Part shown: positions 38,407-46,061 of the stretch, piece by piece | Layout: every line of letters starts with the position of its first letter | Position numbering within the stretch: position 1 is the first letter of the stretch | Origin: Paenibacillaceae bacterium ZCTH02-B3 | Lineage (GTDB): Bacteria > Bacillota > Bacilli > Paenibacillales > Paenibacillaceae | DNA: 64,000 bases | Assembly: GCA_002159065.1 (NCBI GenBank) | Contig: LZRV01000077.1 | Span: 12,476-76,475, forward strand | Direction: 5' to 3' | Notes under the pieces: generated by a model | Seen by the model: only the letters and a program-made list of their open reading frames with translations | The model's database searches: none | What the model was told of the DNA's origin: nothing | Program-made: the position numbers and the translations under genes

Positions 38407-40033
38407 CGAAATTCTGGTGCGCGAAAGCATCCGGGAAAACGTGGATTGGGAAGGGGAAGGCTTCCTGTTCTGCGGCGACGCCCCGGACGGGGAACTGGCG
38501 CTTCCGCTCATCGAAGCCCATCAGCCGGACATCCTGATCACCGACATCAAGATGCCGTTCATGGACGGGCTTGAGCTTTCCCGCATCGTCCGGCAGAAAT
38601 ATCCGCACATCAAGATCGTCATTCTGAGCGGCCATGACGAATTCGAATACGCCCGTTCGGCCCTGCGGCTCGGCATCACGGAATACTGCCTCAAACCGGT
38701 GGGCGCCGCGGAACTCGTGGGCATCCTCAAATCGATCGCGGTCCAGATTGACGAAGAACGGAGGCAAATGGACCGCCTGGCGGAAATGGAGTCGCTTCTT
38801 GCGGCCAACCGGGATTTGAGGTGCCAGAAACTGCTCAGCGATCTGTGCACGGGTCTCATCTCGACGCCGGAAGCGCTCCACCTGGCGGCCACGCTGGGCA
38901 TCGACCTCGCGGCCGGCCATTATGTCGTGGCCATCACGGAAGTGCTGCCGCCGGACGACGATCGCGCCGGAGCGACCGACGAGCAAATCCGGGAAGCGGT
39001 CCGCCGGATCGAGGCCGGCCTTTCGTCCGCCGCTTCGGTCCTGTCCTACCCGCGCAGCCGGACGGAAACCGTCTGGGTGCTCAAGGGAGAAAGCGAAGAG
39101 GCGTTGCGGGAAGGATTGCGCCTTCTGCATGAAAAGTTGCTTCCACGGACCGAATCGGCCCTGGGCTGCGGCATCATCGCGGGAACCGGTTCCCTGCAGC
39201 GGCGGCTGCACGGCATCCACGCTTCCTACCTGGCGGCGGAGGAAGAGAAGACCTACCGGAAACTGTTGCGCGCCAATTTCCGCCAGATGGAAAGATCCGT
39301 CCGCAACGGCGAATCCGCCGTCTGGCTCGACCGAAACCGGTTTGTGGAATTCCTCAAAATCGGCCGCCGGGAGGAACTGGACGCGTTCGTCTCCTCTTTC
39401 GCCGCCGAACTGAAACGCATCGACTGGCATACGAACATGTACGGCTATTTCCTGCTGAACGACCTGACGCTGATGGCGCTCCACGCCTCCCGGGATCTGA
39501 TCCAGGACGCCGAAACCATGGAAAGGCGGTACCGGGAATGGCAGCAATCGATCCAGCTCGTCCGTTCGCACGAAGACGCCCGCGATTATCTGAAGCGCCT
39601 CGCGGCGCAGATTCTGGACTGGCGGGAAGAAGGGGCCGACCGCTACGTTCCGATCCTGGAAAAGGTCAAAAATTTCATCCAGAAGAACTACGAACGGTAT
39701 GATCTGTCCCTGCAGCTGGCCGCCGAACACGCGGGCGTCAGCCCCAGCCATCTGAGCAAGATTTTCAGCCAGGGCACGGGAATCACGTTCATCGAATATC
39801 TGACCCGGACGCGCATCCGCAAGGCGATGGAACTCTTGCTGACCACCCGGCTGAAATCGTACGAAGTGGGCTACCGGGTCGGTTACAATGACGCGCACTA
39901 CTTTTCCAGCCTGTTCAAAAAGATGACCGGCATGACCACGAAGGAATTCCGGAAGCGGGGCACGCTGGGCGCGTCCGCGTTCATGGACGGGGGAAGGGAG
40001 ATTTCCGGCCATGTTCCGGCGTCGAAGGGCTAA
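38381..40033 (+). CDS. Response regulator with AraC-type output domain, YesN-like
   Basis: REC domain MKKILLVDDE...PDILITDIKMPFMDG. C-terminal AraC HTH HLSKIFSQGTGITFIEYLTRTRIRKAMELL...VGYNDAHYFSSLFKK. It overlaps the kinase gene by 26 nt. Confidence 0.9.
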   Translation: MKKILLVDDEILVRESIRENVDWEGEGFLFCGDAPDGELALPLIEAHQPDILITDIKMPFMDGLELSRIVRQKYPHIKIVILSGHDEFEYARSALRLGITEYCLKPVGAAELVGILKSIAVQIDEERRQMDRLAEMESLLAANRDLRCQKLLSDLCTGLISTPEALHLAATLGIDLAAGHYVVAITEVLPPDDDRAGATDEQIREAVRRIEAGLSSAASVLSYPRSRTETVWVLKGESEEALREGLRLLHEKLLPRTESALGCGIIAGTGSLQRRLHGIHASYLAAEEEKTYRKLLRANFRQMERSVRNGESAVWLDRNRFVEFLKIGRREELDAFVSSFAAELKRIDWHTNMYGYFLLNDLTLMALHASRDLIQDAETMERRYREWQQSIQLVRSHEDARDYLKRLAAQILDWREEGADRYVPILEKVKNFIQKNYERYDLSLQLAAEHAGVSPSHLSKIFSQGTGITFIEYLTRTRIRKAMELLLTTRLKSYEVGYRVGYNDAHYFSSLFKKMTGMTTKEFRKRGTLGASAFMDGGREISGHVPASKG

Positions 40034-41006
40034 GCAACGGGGACGGAAACGGCTCGCGGCGCTCCTGGCCGTCCTGGTTCTGGCCGCGGGAACGGGATGC
40101 CAGGGAGGGATGCCGGACACCGCCCTGCCTGGGCCCGGCGACTCTCCCGAGCCGGAACCACCCGCCTACGTGTTCGGCATCATTTACCCTTACGCCCATC
40201 CGCTGTATGAATGGGTGACGAGACAAGCCGAGGAGACCGCCAGGGAGCACCGCGTGAAACTGATGGTGAGGGCGCCGGACGAAGCGCATCTGGAACAGCA
40301 GATCCGCATGATGGAAACCCTGATCAAGGAAGGCGTGGACGGCATCGCCATCGCCCCCGTGGATTCGGACGCCCTCGTCCCGATCATCAATCGCGCCGTC
40401 GAAAGCGGCATTCCCGTCGTCTGTTTCGAATCCGACGCGCCGGACAGCAAGCGGATGGCGTTCATCGGAACCGACAACCTGGAATCCGGGCGCGTGCTGG
40501 CGGACAGGCTGGCGGAAATGCTGGGTGAGGGCGGAATGGTCATCGTGGAGAGCGGCATGAGCCGAATGGAATCGCTGCGGGACCGGCTGGAAGGATTTCT
40601 GACCCGGATCTATGAAACTTCGGACGTCCGGGTGCTGGATGTCCGATACCACGAAGGCGACGACCAGAAAGCGCTGGCCGATCTGGAAATCATGACGGAA
40701 AACCATCCCCATTTCAACGCCCTCATCGCCCTGGATCCCGTTTCCGTTTCCTCCGCCGTTCTTTTCTGGAAGGCCAAAGGGCTCAAACAATATTTGCTGG
40801 CTTTCGGGCTCACGCGGGAGGTATGGGAAGCGGTGAACAACGGGCAGATCACGCATGTCGTTTCGCAGGGCGAATTCCAATGGGGCAAGCGGATCGTCCA
40901 TTCGCTGCTCGCGCTGCAAAGGGGGCGGCAGGCGACCGTTCTTCAGGACACGGGAACCGAATTGTACAGCCGGGATTCGAGGATTGACTGGATGTTTGAG
41001 AATTAG
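40011..41006 (+). CDS. Sugar-binding lipoprotein associated with the two-component system (PBP type I)
   Basis: Lipobox LAAGTGCQ. Contains VDGIAIAPVDSDALVPIINRAVESGIPVVCFESD. It overlaps the RR gene end by 23 nt. Confidence 0.8.
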   Translation: MFRRRRAKQRGRKRLAALLAVLVLAAGTGCQGGMPDTALPGPGDSPEPEPPAYVFGIIYPYAHPLYEWVTRQAEETAREHRVKLMVRAPDEAHLEQQIRMMETLIKEGVDGIAIAPVDSDALVPIINRAVESGIPVVCFESDAPDSKRMAFIGTDNLESGRVLADRLAEMLGEGGMVIVESGMSRMESLRDRLEGFLTRIYETSDVRVLDVRYHEGDDQKALADLEIMTENHPHFNALIALDPVSVSSAVLFWKAKGLKQYLLAFGLTREVWEAVNNGQITHVVSQGEFQWGKRIVHSLLALQRGRQATVLQDTGTELYSRDSRIDWMFEN

Positions 41007-42562
41007 GAGATGTTCTCCCGGTCATCCCCCTTGCCTTCGCGCTTCGCCTGATACATCTTCTTGTCCGCGTGCCACAGGAGCAGGTCGATGGTATCGCCGT
41101 GTTCGGGATACCGGCTGATCCCGATGCTCAGACTGACTTCGTCCATGACCGGCCGGTTCGACATCTTCAGCTGCGCAAAGGCGTCGAGCAGCCGCCCGAC
41201 CCGATCCTCCACGTGGCCTTCATCCGGGTAATCGTCAAGGAATATGACGAATTCGTCTCCGCCGATGCGGGCCGCCATGCCGTCCGTTCCCGCCGTGTCG
41301 CTCATCAGGGCGGCGATCTTCACCAGCGCCTCGTCTCCCGTCTGATGCCCGTAGCGGTCGTTCACCGTCTTGAAGTTGTCGACGTCCACAAGCAGAAGCG
41401 CCAGCGGTTTCCGCCGTTCGGCCGGACGATCCAGCTTTTCCTGCAGCTTTTCCCGGAAGTGCCGGCGGTTCGGCAGTTCCGTAAGCGGATCGTGATAGGC
41501 GAGGTAGGCGATTCGCTTCTGCTGTTCGATGAACGGGGTGGCATCCCGAATGATGACCAGGATGTGCGGATGATGCTCGACGAGGATGTAGCCCGCGTCG
41601 ATCAGGGCGTGGATCGTTTTGCCGCCGCCGGAGATCGTCATCTCATGGTTTCTGACCTCCCGCTGACGTTCCACGAGCTCGCGGAAATTTTCGCCCAGAA
41701 TCGACCACAGATTATCCTGTTTCACGGCATGGGAACCGAACATCTCTTTGGCCCCGGGATTGGCTTCCTTGATGAGGCCGCCCGCATCCGCCAGGAGAAT
41801 CGCGGCCGGGTTGAGATGGAACAGCTTCTCGAATCTCCGGTCCGTAAAATTGAGAAAATCGTATTTCCGCATCGTGCGCCTGAGGAAAAAGAACCACACC
41901 ACGCCGCCGTAAAGATAGGGATACGGCGGAAGGGCGCTGCCGAATTCGATCAGGCCGAAAATGCCGAACCACGCCGCAGCCAGAACCACGCCGATGCCGA
42001 GATGCTTGTAAAGGTCGCGCATTTCCCGGTTCGCCGCCTGCCGTTTACCGATGACGAGCGGGATCAGGTACAGGAGATTGTTGATCACGCACAGCACCAT
42101 GGTGATATAGTAAGGCGTATTGTAGACCGGAAGTTTCCAGAGTCCCGATTCATAAAACCGGGTGACGGAAATGGTGGTGTCGATCCGCAGGAGGTTGATC
42201 ACGACCAGGATGACCGGCAGGTAAAAGATCCAGGGGTACACATACCGGGGCATCTTGCGGTCCAGTTTCGTCAGTTTGACGAAGAGGTGAAATCCGAGTC
42301 CCGGAATCAGGATGCCGGACGTGCTGAACCATACGGCGGCCACCACCGGACTGTATTCAATGGGAAGCTGGTGACGCACGTATTCCGCGAGGAACAGGTT
42401 CATGAAGCAAAGCGAAATCAAGCTGACCAGACGGTGTTCGATTTTCCTCGCGTCGCGGATCAGCATGTCGATGCTCATGAAGGCGAAATACAGGATCGGC
42501 ACGAAGTGGGTCAGCAAAGGGACAAAGACCTGCTGGGGTGTCATCGGGTTCACCGTTTTCAA
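41003..42562 (-). CDS. Membrane-anchored PAS-GGDEF diguanylate cyclase
   Basis: About 7 N-terminal TM helices, then a PAS-like region, then LLLVDVDNFKTVNDRYGHQTGD...RIGGDEFVIFL. The stop codons of this gene and the convergent SBP gene overlap (TTAG). Confidence 0.9.
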   Translation of the reverse strand: MKTVNPMTPQQVFVPLLTHFVPILYFAFMSIDMLIRDARKIEHRLVSLISLCFMNLFLAEYVRHQLPIEYSPVVAAVWFSTSGILIPGLGFHLFVKLTKLDRKMPRYVYPWIFYLPVILVVINLLRIDTTISVTRFYESGLWKLPVYNTPYYITMVLCVINNLLYLIPLVIGKRQAANREMRDLYKHLGIGVVLAAAWFGIFGLIEFGSALPPYPYLYGGVVWFFFLRRTMRKYDFLNFTDRRFEKLFHLNPAAILLADAGGLIKEANPGAKEMFGSHAVKQDNLWSILGENFRELVERQREVRNHEMTISGGGKTIHALIDAGYILVEHHPHILVIIRDATPFIEQQKRIAYLAYHDPLTELPNRRHFREKLQEKLDRPAERRKPLALLLVDVDNFKTVNDRYGHQTGDEALVKIAALMSDTAGTDGMAARIGGDEFVIFLDDYPDEGHVEDRVGRLLDAFAQLKMSNRPVMDEVSLSIGISRYPEHGDTIDLLLWHADKKMYQAKREGKGDDRENIS

Positions 42563-42786
42563 ATTTTTAGCCCATACCTAACAAGTTCGACAAATATCGC
42601 CTTTTCCCTGCGAATTTCGCGCATGACGCGAAAATTCGCCGTTTCCCGTGCCGTTCGTGCGCTTTCGCCTGATGCGCGACTTGAACACGCTCCTCCGCAT
42701 CTGGACTCGGGGGCGGTTCCGGAATACAATAGGATTGTTGCGATACCCCCTGGGGTATAAAAACGAGAGGAAAAGGAGGAAATCCA

Positions 42787-43095
42787 TTGTTCCGGACCGA
42801 ATCGCCCGCCGAAGTGCTGGAGAGGCTGAAACGCAACGAATCTTTCACCCTTCTTGACGTTCGGGAATACGACGAATGGGCGGAGGGACACATTCCGGGC
42901 GCCCTGCACATTCCGCTCCGCGAGCTGCCTTTCCGCCTGGGGGAACTGGACAGGTCGAAAGAGACGGTCGTCGTTTGCCTGAGCGGCGTGCGCAGCGCCC
43001 GGGCGTGCGAGTATCTTGCCTTGTGCGGCTACCGGGCGGTCAACATGGAAGGCGGCATGAAGCGCTGGCCCGGAGACGTCGTCTCCGGGCCGTGA
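42787..43095 (+). CDS. Rhodanese-like single-domain sulfurtransferase
   Basis: Contains LLDVREYDEWAEGHIPGALHIP and the active-site loop VVVCLSGVRSARA. Confidence 0.85.
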   Translation: MFRTESPAEVLERLKRNESFTLLDVREYDEWAEGHIPGALHIPLRELPFRLGELDRSKETVVVCLSGVRSARACEYLALCGYRAVNMEGGMKRWPGDVVSGP

Positions 43096-43107
43096 CCGGC
43101 ATCCCTG

Positions 43108-43308
43108 TCAAACGCCATATCGCGCATCGCAGATGGAACACATCGAGTATCCCGGCTTCTTGGGCCTTTTGCCGCACGCTACGCACAAATCCGATTTGGA
43201 CCCCCCGGCGACCTGCTCCAGATCCGATTTGCCAAGCTCCCGGTGATCCGGACGGTGTCCTTCCCGTCCGCCGGCTTCACTCCGCGCGTGAAGGTTTTCC
43301 CGATCCAT
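43108..43308 (-). CDS. Double-glycine leader peptide, four-Cys core (candidate RiPP precursor A)
   Basis: GGAGGAA lies 6 nt before ATG 43308. Leader ...RELGKSDLEQVAGG, core SKSDLCVACGKRPKKPGYSMCSICDARYGV. Confidence 0.6.
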   Translation of the reverse strand: MDRENLHARSEAGGREGHRPDHRELGKSDLEQVAGGSKSDLCVACGKRPKKPGYSMCSICDARYGV

Positions 43309-43450
43309 GCGTCATTCCTCCGTTTCGCTGGTTATGGTCTGCAAGCTTTCATTTCTTCGCGCTGCGTCCTTCCGATCCGCTTCCCGTTTCTCCGGGCCGG
43401 ATCTTCCCGTGTCCGTCTATCGGGCAACTCCGCTTTCCTTGGATGTTGGT

Positions 43451-43663
43451 TCATCCCTGCCGGGATTTCAAATTCACAAGGCATTTGGAGCAAAGATCGA
43501 ACCCCTGGACGGCCACGTTGTCGCAACCCGGGGTCGCGCACGGGTGAACCGATGCGCCGGTGCCGCCGAAAATGAATTCGAGTTCCTCATCGTTCAGTTC
43601 GCGATTCGACAGACCGCGTTCGCCGTCCTTTTCCCGTTCCGGACTGAAGCCTTCCCCGTTCAT
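43451..43663 (-). CDS. Double-glycine leader peptide, four-Cys core (candidate RiPP precursor B)
   Basis: GAAGGAA lies 6 nt before ATG 43663 (Met17 of the track ORF). Leader MNGEGFSPEREKDGERGLSNRELNDEELEFIFGG, core TGASVHPCATPGCDNVAVQGFDLCSKCLVNLKSRQG. Confidence 0.6.
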   Translation of the reverse strand: MNGEGFSPEREKDGERGLSNRELNDEELEFIFGGTGASVHPCATPGCDNVAVQGFDLCSKCLVNLKSRQG

Positions 43664-43701
43664 CTTCCATTCCTTCTTTTTCCTCGTGTTTTGGTATGCC
43701 C

Positions 43702-43745
43702 ATCGTAACATGCCATTTTAAAATGGAGTTTAAATTCCTTTTAAA
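43702..43745 (-). promoter_or_regulatory. Phased-repeat promoter in front of precursor B/A
   Basis: On the minus strand: TTTAAAAggaaTTTAAACtccaTTTTAAA, 9 nt (atggcaTGt), then TACGAT. The 7-mers are exactly 11 bp apart. Confidence 0.6.
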
Positions 43746-43748
43746 TCA

Positions 43749-44462
43749 TTATAAAATTTCCATCCGGTATCCGATGCCCCTGACGTTCTGGATGACGGAC
43801 AAATTCGAGACTTGCAGGATTTTTTTGCGCAGGGTGCTGATATGCACCGCCACCGTGCGAAAATCGTCCAGGCCGTCGTAGCCCCACACGATGCGGTAGA
43901 TTTCTTCGGGCTGAAAGACACGCTTCGGATTTTCCGCCAGCAGGACAAGCACCTTGAACTCTTTCGTGGTCAGTTGCACCGGGCGGCCTTCGACTTCCAC
44001 GGTGCAGCTTTCCAGATCGATGGTGAGCGGACCCAGCCGGATGACGCTTTTGGTTTCCTGGGCCGCCGCCAGCTCCTTCTTGCGTTTGATCAACAGGCTG
44101 CGGCGCAGGTGCGCCTTGACCCTGGCCACCACTTCCCCCTGGCTGTAAGGCTTGCTGATATAGTCGTCGGCTCCCGCCATGAGCCCCATGATCTTGTCCA
44201 TCTCGGAACATTTCGCGCTGATCATGAGAATCGGCACGTCCGTCAGCTTGCGCAATTCCTGGCAGATCATGACGCCATCGCCGTCCGGCAGGATCGCTTC
44301 CATGAGAATGAGATCCGGGGGATTGTCCCGCGCGCTCCGCAAGGCCGCGTCCGCCGAATGGCAGCCGGTGACGCGGTATCCGTCCGACTGAAGCGCCGTG
44401 CCGATCTCCCGACGAACCGCTTCATCGGGATCGGCGATCAGGATGAGGGGTTGCCCTTGCAT
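43749..44462 (-). CDS. OmpR/PhoB-family response regulator, orphan and atypical (Glu at the phospho-acceptor position)
   Basis: The REC domain reads LILIADPDE...PDLILMEAILPDGDG...ILMISAK...ISKP. The winged-helix output reads LTTKEFKVLVLLAENPKRVF...VRGIGYRM. The start is taken at ATG 44462. The TTG at 44534 lies too close to a TATAAT at 44555-44550. Confidence 0.85.
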   Translation of the reverse strand: MQGQPLILIADPDEAVRREIGTALQSDGYRVTGCHSADAALRSARDNPPDLILMEAILPDGDGVMICQELRKLTDVPILMISAKCSEMDKIMGLMAGADDYISKPYSQGEVVARVKAHLRRSLLIKRKKELAAAQETKSVIRLGPLTIDLESCTVEVEGRPVQLTTKEFKVLVLLAENPKRVFQPEEIYRIVWGYDGLDDFRTVAVHISTLRKKILQVSNLSVIQNVRGIGYRMEIL

Positions 44463-44613
44463 CGGGAAACGGTCTCCTTTACCTCGGTTTTCGGCCATAC
44501 CCATACGATACGAGACATTTCGCTCTATTCGCAAGATTCGTTACTTTCCATTATAATCCGGGAAGGAAAAAAATCTATTCAAACCCAGTTTTTTAGCGGG
44601 GATGGTTTGAAAT

Positions 44614-44668
44614 TTTAAACAGAATTTAAACTTGATTTAAACCAGTTTTGAATGTTGTGTGGTATCTT
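44614..44668 (+). promoter_or_regulatory. Phased-repeat promoter in front of the three plus-strand Nif11-type precursor genes
   Basis: TTTAAACagaaTTTAAACttgaTTTAAACcagtTTTGAAT with 7-mers at 44614, 44625, 44636 and 44647. This is followed by 9 nt (gttgtgTGg) and then TATCTT (44663-44668). Confidence 0.65.
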
Positions 44669-44751
44669 TTGATCACAACGAACGAACGATTCTTCCGTGA
44701 ATCCATATCCGTTCGATCACATCCGCCTAATCTCAAAGGAGGGAATTCCCA

Positions 44752-45093
44752 ATGTCGCTCACAAACGCGCAAGCCTGGTTGGAAAAGGTTCGGACCGACC
44801 CCGATCTTCAGGCCAAAATCCGGGAACTGGCCCCCGAACAGCCGGACCGGATTCTGGACGCCCTCGTGGCCGCCGGTGCGGAGGCCGGTTACGCGTTCGG
44901 CAAGGAAGATTTGCTGCAAGCCGCCAAAGAGGCGGTATCTTCCGCCGCCGGGAGCCCGGACGAGCTGGACGAAGAACAGCTGGAGCTGGTGGCCGGCGGC
45001 GACGATACGATCCTGTACGTTTTAGGGTCCATTATCACGGCGGGAATTGGATGTGCCATGCTTGGCTTGAAGCATGCCATCAAAGGTTCCTGA
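44752..45093 (+). CDS. Nif11-type leader peptide precursor 1
   Basis: RBS GGAGGG. Leader MSLTNAQAWLEKVRTDPDLQAKIRELA...EEQLELVAGG, core DDTILYVLGSIITAGIGCAMLGLKHAIKGS. Confidence 0.85.
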   Translation: MSLTNAQAWLEKVRTDPDLQAKIRELAPEQPDRILDALVAAGAEAGYAFGKEDLLQAAKEAVSSAAGSPDELDEEQLELVAGGDDTILYVLGSIITAGIGCAMLGLKHAIKGS

Positions 45094-45172
45094 AAAGAAA
45101 CCCGCGTCAGGGGACCCGGGTACCCCTTCATCCCTCGAATCAACACCCCTAAATTGACTGGGAGGAGATCCA

Positions 45173-45562
45173 ATGTCGTTGGAAAGCGCTCAAGCCTGGT
45201 TGGAAAAGGTCCGGGCCGACTCCGAGCTTAAGGCCAAAATCCTGGAACCGGCCGCCGGACAGCCGGACCGGATTCTGGACGCCCTCGTCGCCGCCGGTTC
45301 GGAGGCCGGTTACACATTCAGCAAGGATGATCTGTTGCAAGCCGTCAAAGAGGCCGTTTCCGAAATCGTCGCCAGGCGAACGGACGGCCTGGACGAAACG
45401 CAGCTGGAATCGGTGGCCGGCGGCGTTTCGGAGGACGTCATTGCGTACTCCTTTGGATCGTTTGGCTTCGGATGTCTCGTATCGTGGCTTCAGGGCTGCG
45501 ATCTTGAAGAAGAAGCGAAAAAAGCGAATAGACCGCCCGGTCCCTATGATCCTTCCTACTGA
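45173..45562 (+). CDS. Nif11-type leader peptide precursor 2
   Basis: RBS GGAGGAG. Leader MSLESAQAWLEKVRADSELKAKI...ETQLESVAGG, core VSEDVIAYSFGSFGFGCLVSWLQGCDLEEEAKKANRPPGPYDPSY. Confidence 0.85.
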   Translation: MSLESAQAWLEKVRADSELKAKILEPAAGQPDRILDALVAAGSEAGYTFSKDDLLQAVKEAVSEIVARRTDGLDETQLESVAGGVSEDVIAYSFGSFGFGCLVSWLQGCDLEEEAKKANRPPGPYDPSY

Positions 45563-45686
45563 CGATTCGTTCGCCTGCAGGCGATTCACCCTTGCGGGCT
45601 CTTCTCGCGCCGCCGGTTCGGTTTTGCTTTCGGCTCCGGGTCCGTTCGGCGCACTTCATCCAACACAAAGACGGGGAGGGATGACC

Positions 45687-46034
45687 ATGTCTGTAGAAAA
45701 TGTCAAGTCGTTCCTGGAAAAAGTGCGGTCCGACTCCGGCTTGCAAAGCCGCATCGGCTCCCTGGCGTCGGACAAGCCGGTTGACGCGAAGGAGGATTGG
45801 TTCCTGGACAGCCTGGTCGCCATCGGCGCGGAGTCCGGCTTTGCGTTCAGCAGGGAGGATTTGCTGCAGGCCGCCAATGAGATCAGGCATAACGCGGTTT
45901 CCGGCGAACTGGACGACGCCCAGCTGGAATCGGTGTCCGGCGGTCTCGATCTCTTCTGGCATATTGTGTTTTCTTTTGCCGTCTTTGGATGCATAGCCGT
46001 AGAAATTGTGGAATGGGGCGAGAAATTGGAATAA
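45687..46034 (+). CDS. Nif11-type leader peptide precursor 3
   Basis: GGGGAGGG lies upstream. The start is ATG 45687 (MSVENVKSFLEKVRSD...), with 45681 as an alternative. The leader ends DAQLESVSGG and the core is LDLFWHIVFSFAVFGCIAVEIVEWGEKLE. Confidence 0.85.
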   Translation: MSVENVKSFLEKVRSDSGLQSRIGSLASDKPVDAKEDWFLDSLVAIGAESGFAFSREDLLQAANEIRHNAVSGELDDAQLESVSGGLDLFWHIVFSFAVFGCIAVEIVEWGEKLE

Positions 46035-46061
46035 CAAGAATCGGAAAAGCCGTACCGGCGT

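Noticed and set aside
44463-44534. TTG start at 44534 for the OmpR-type regulator (261-aa version)
   Set aside because: A perfect TATAAT (44555-44550, minus strand) lies only about 15 nt upstream, leaving no room for a leader and RBS. ATG 44462 has an AAGGAGA upstream and gives a standard-length receiver domain.
45571-45584. Short palindrome TCGCCTGCAGGCGA between precursor genes 2 and 3, considered as an intra-operon attenuator
   Set aside because: The stem is at most 5-6 bp with no T-tract, which is too weak to call as a terminator or processing site.
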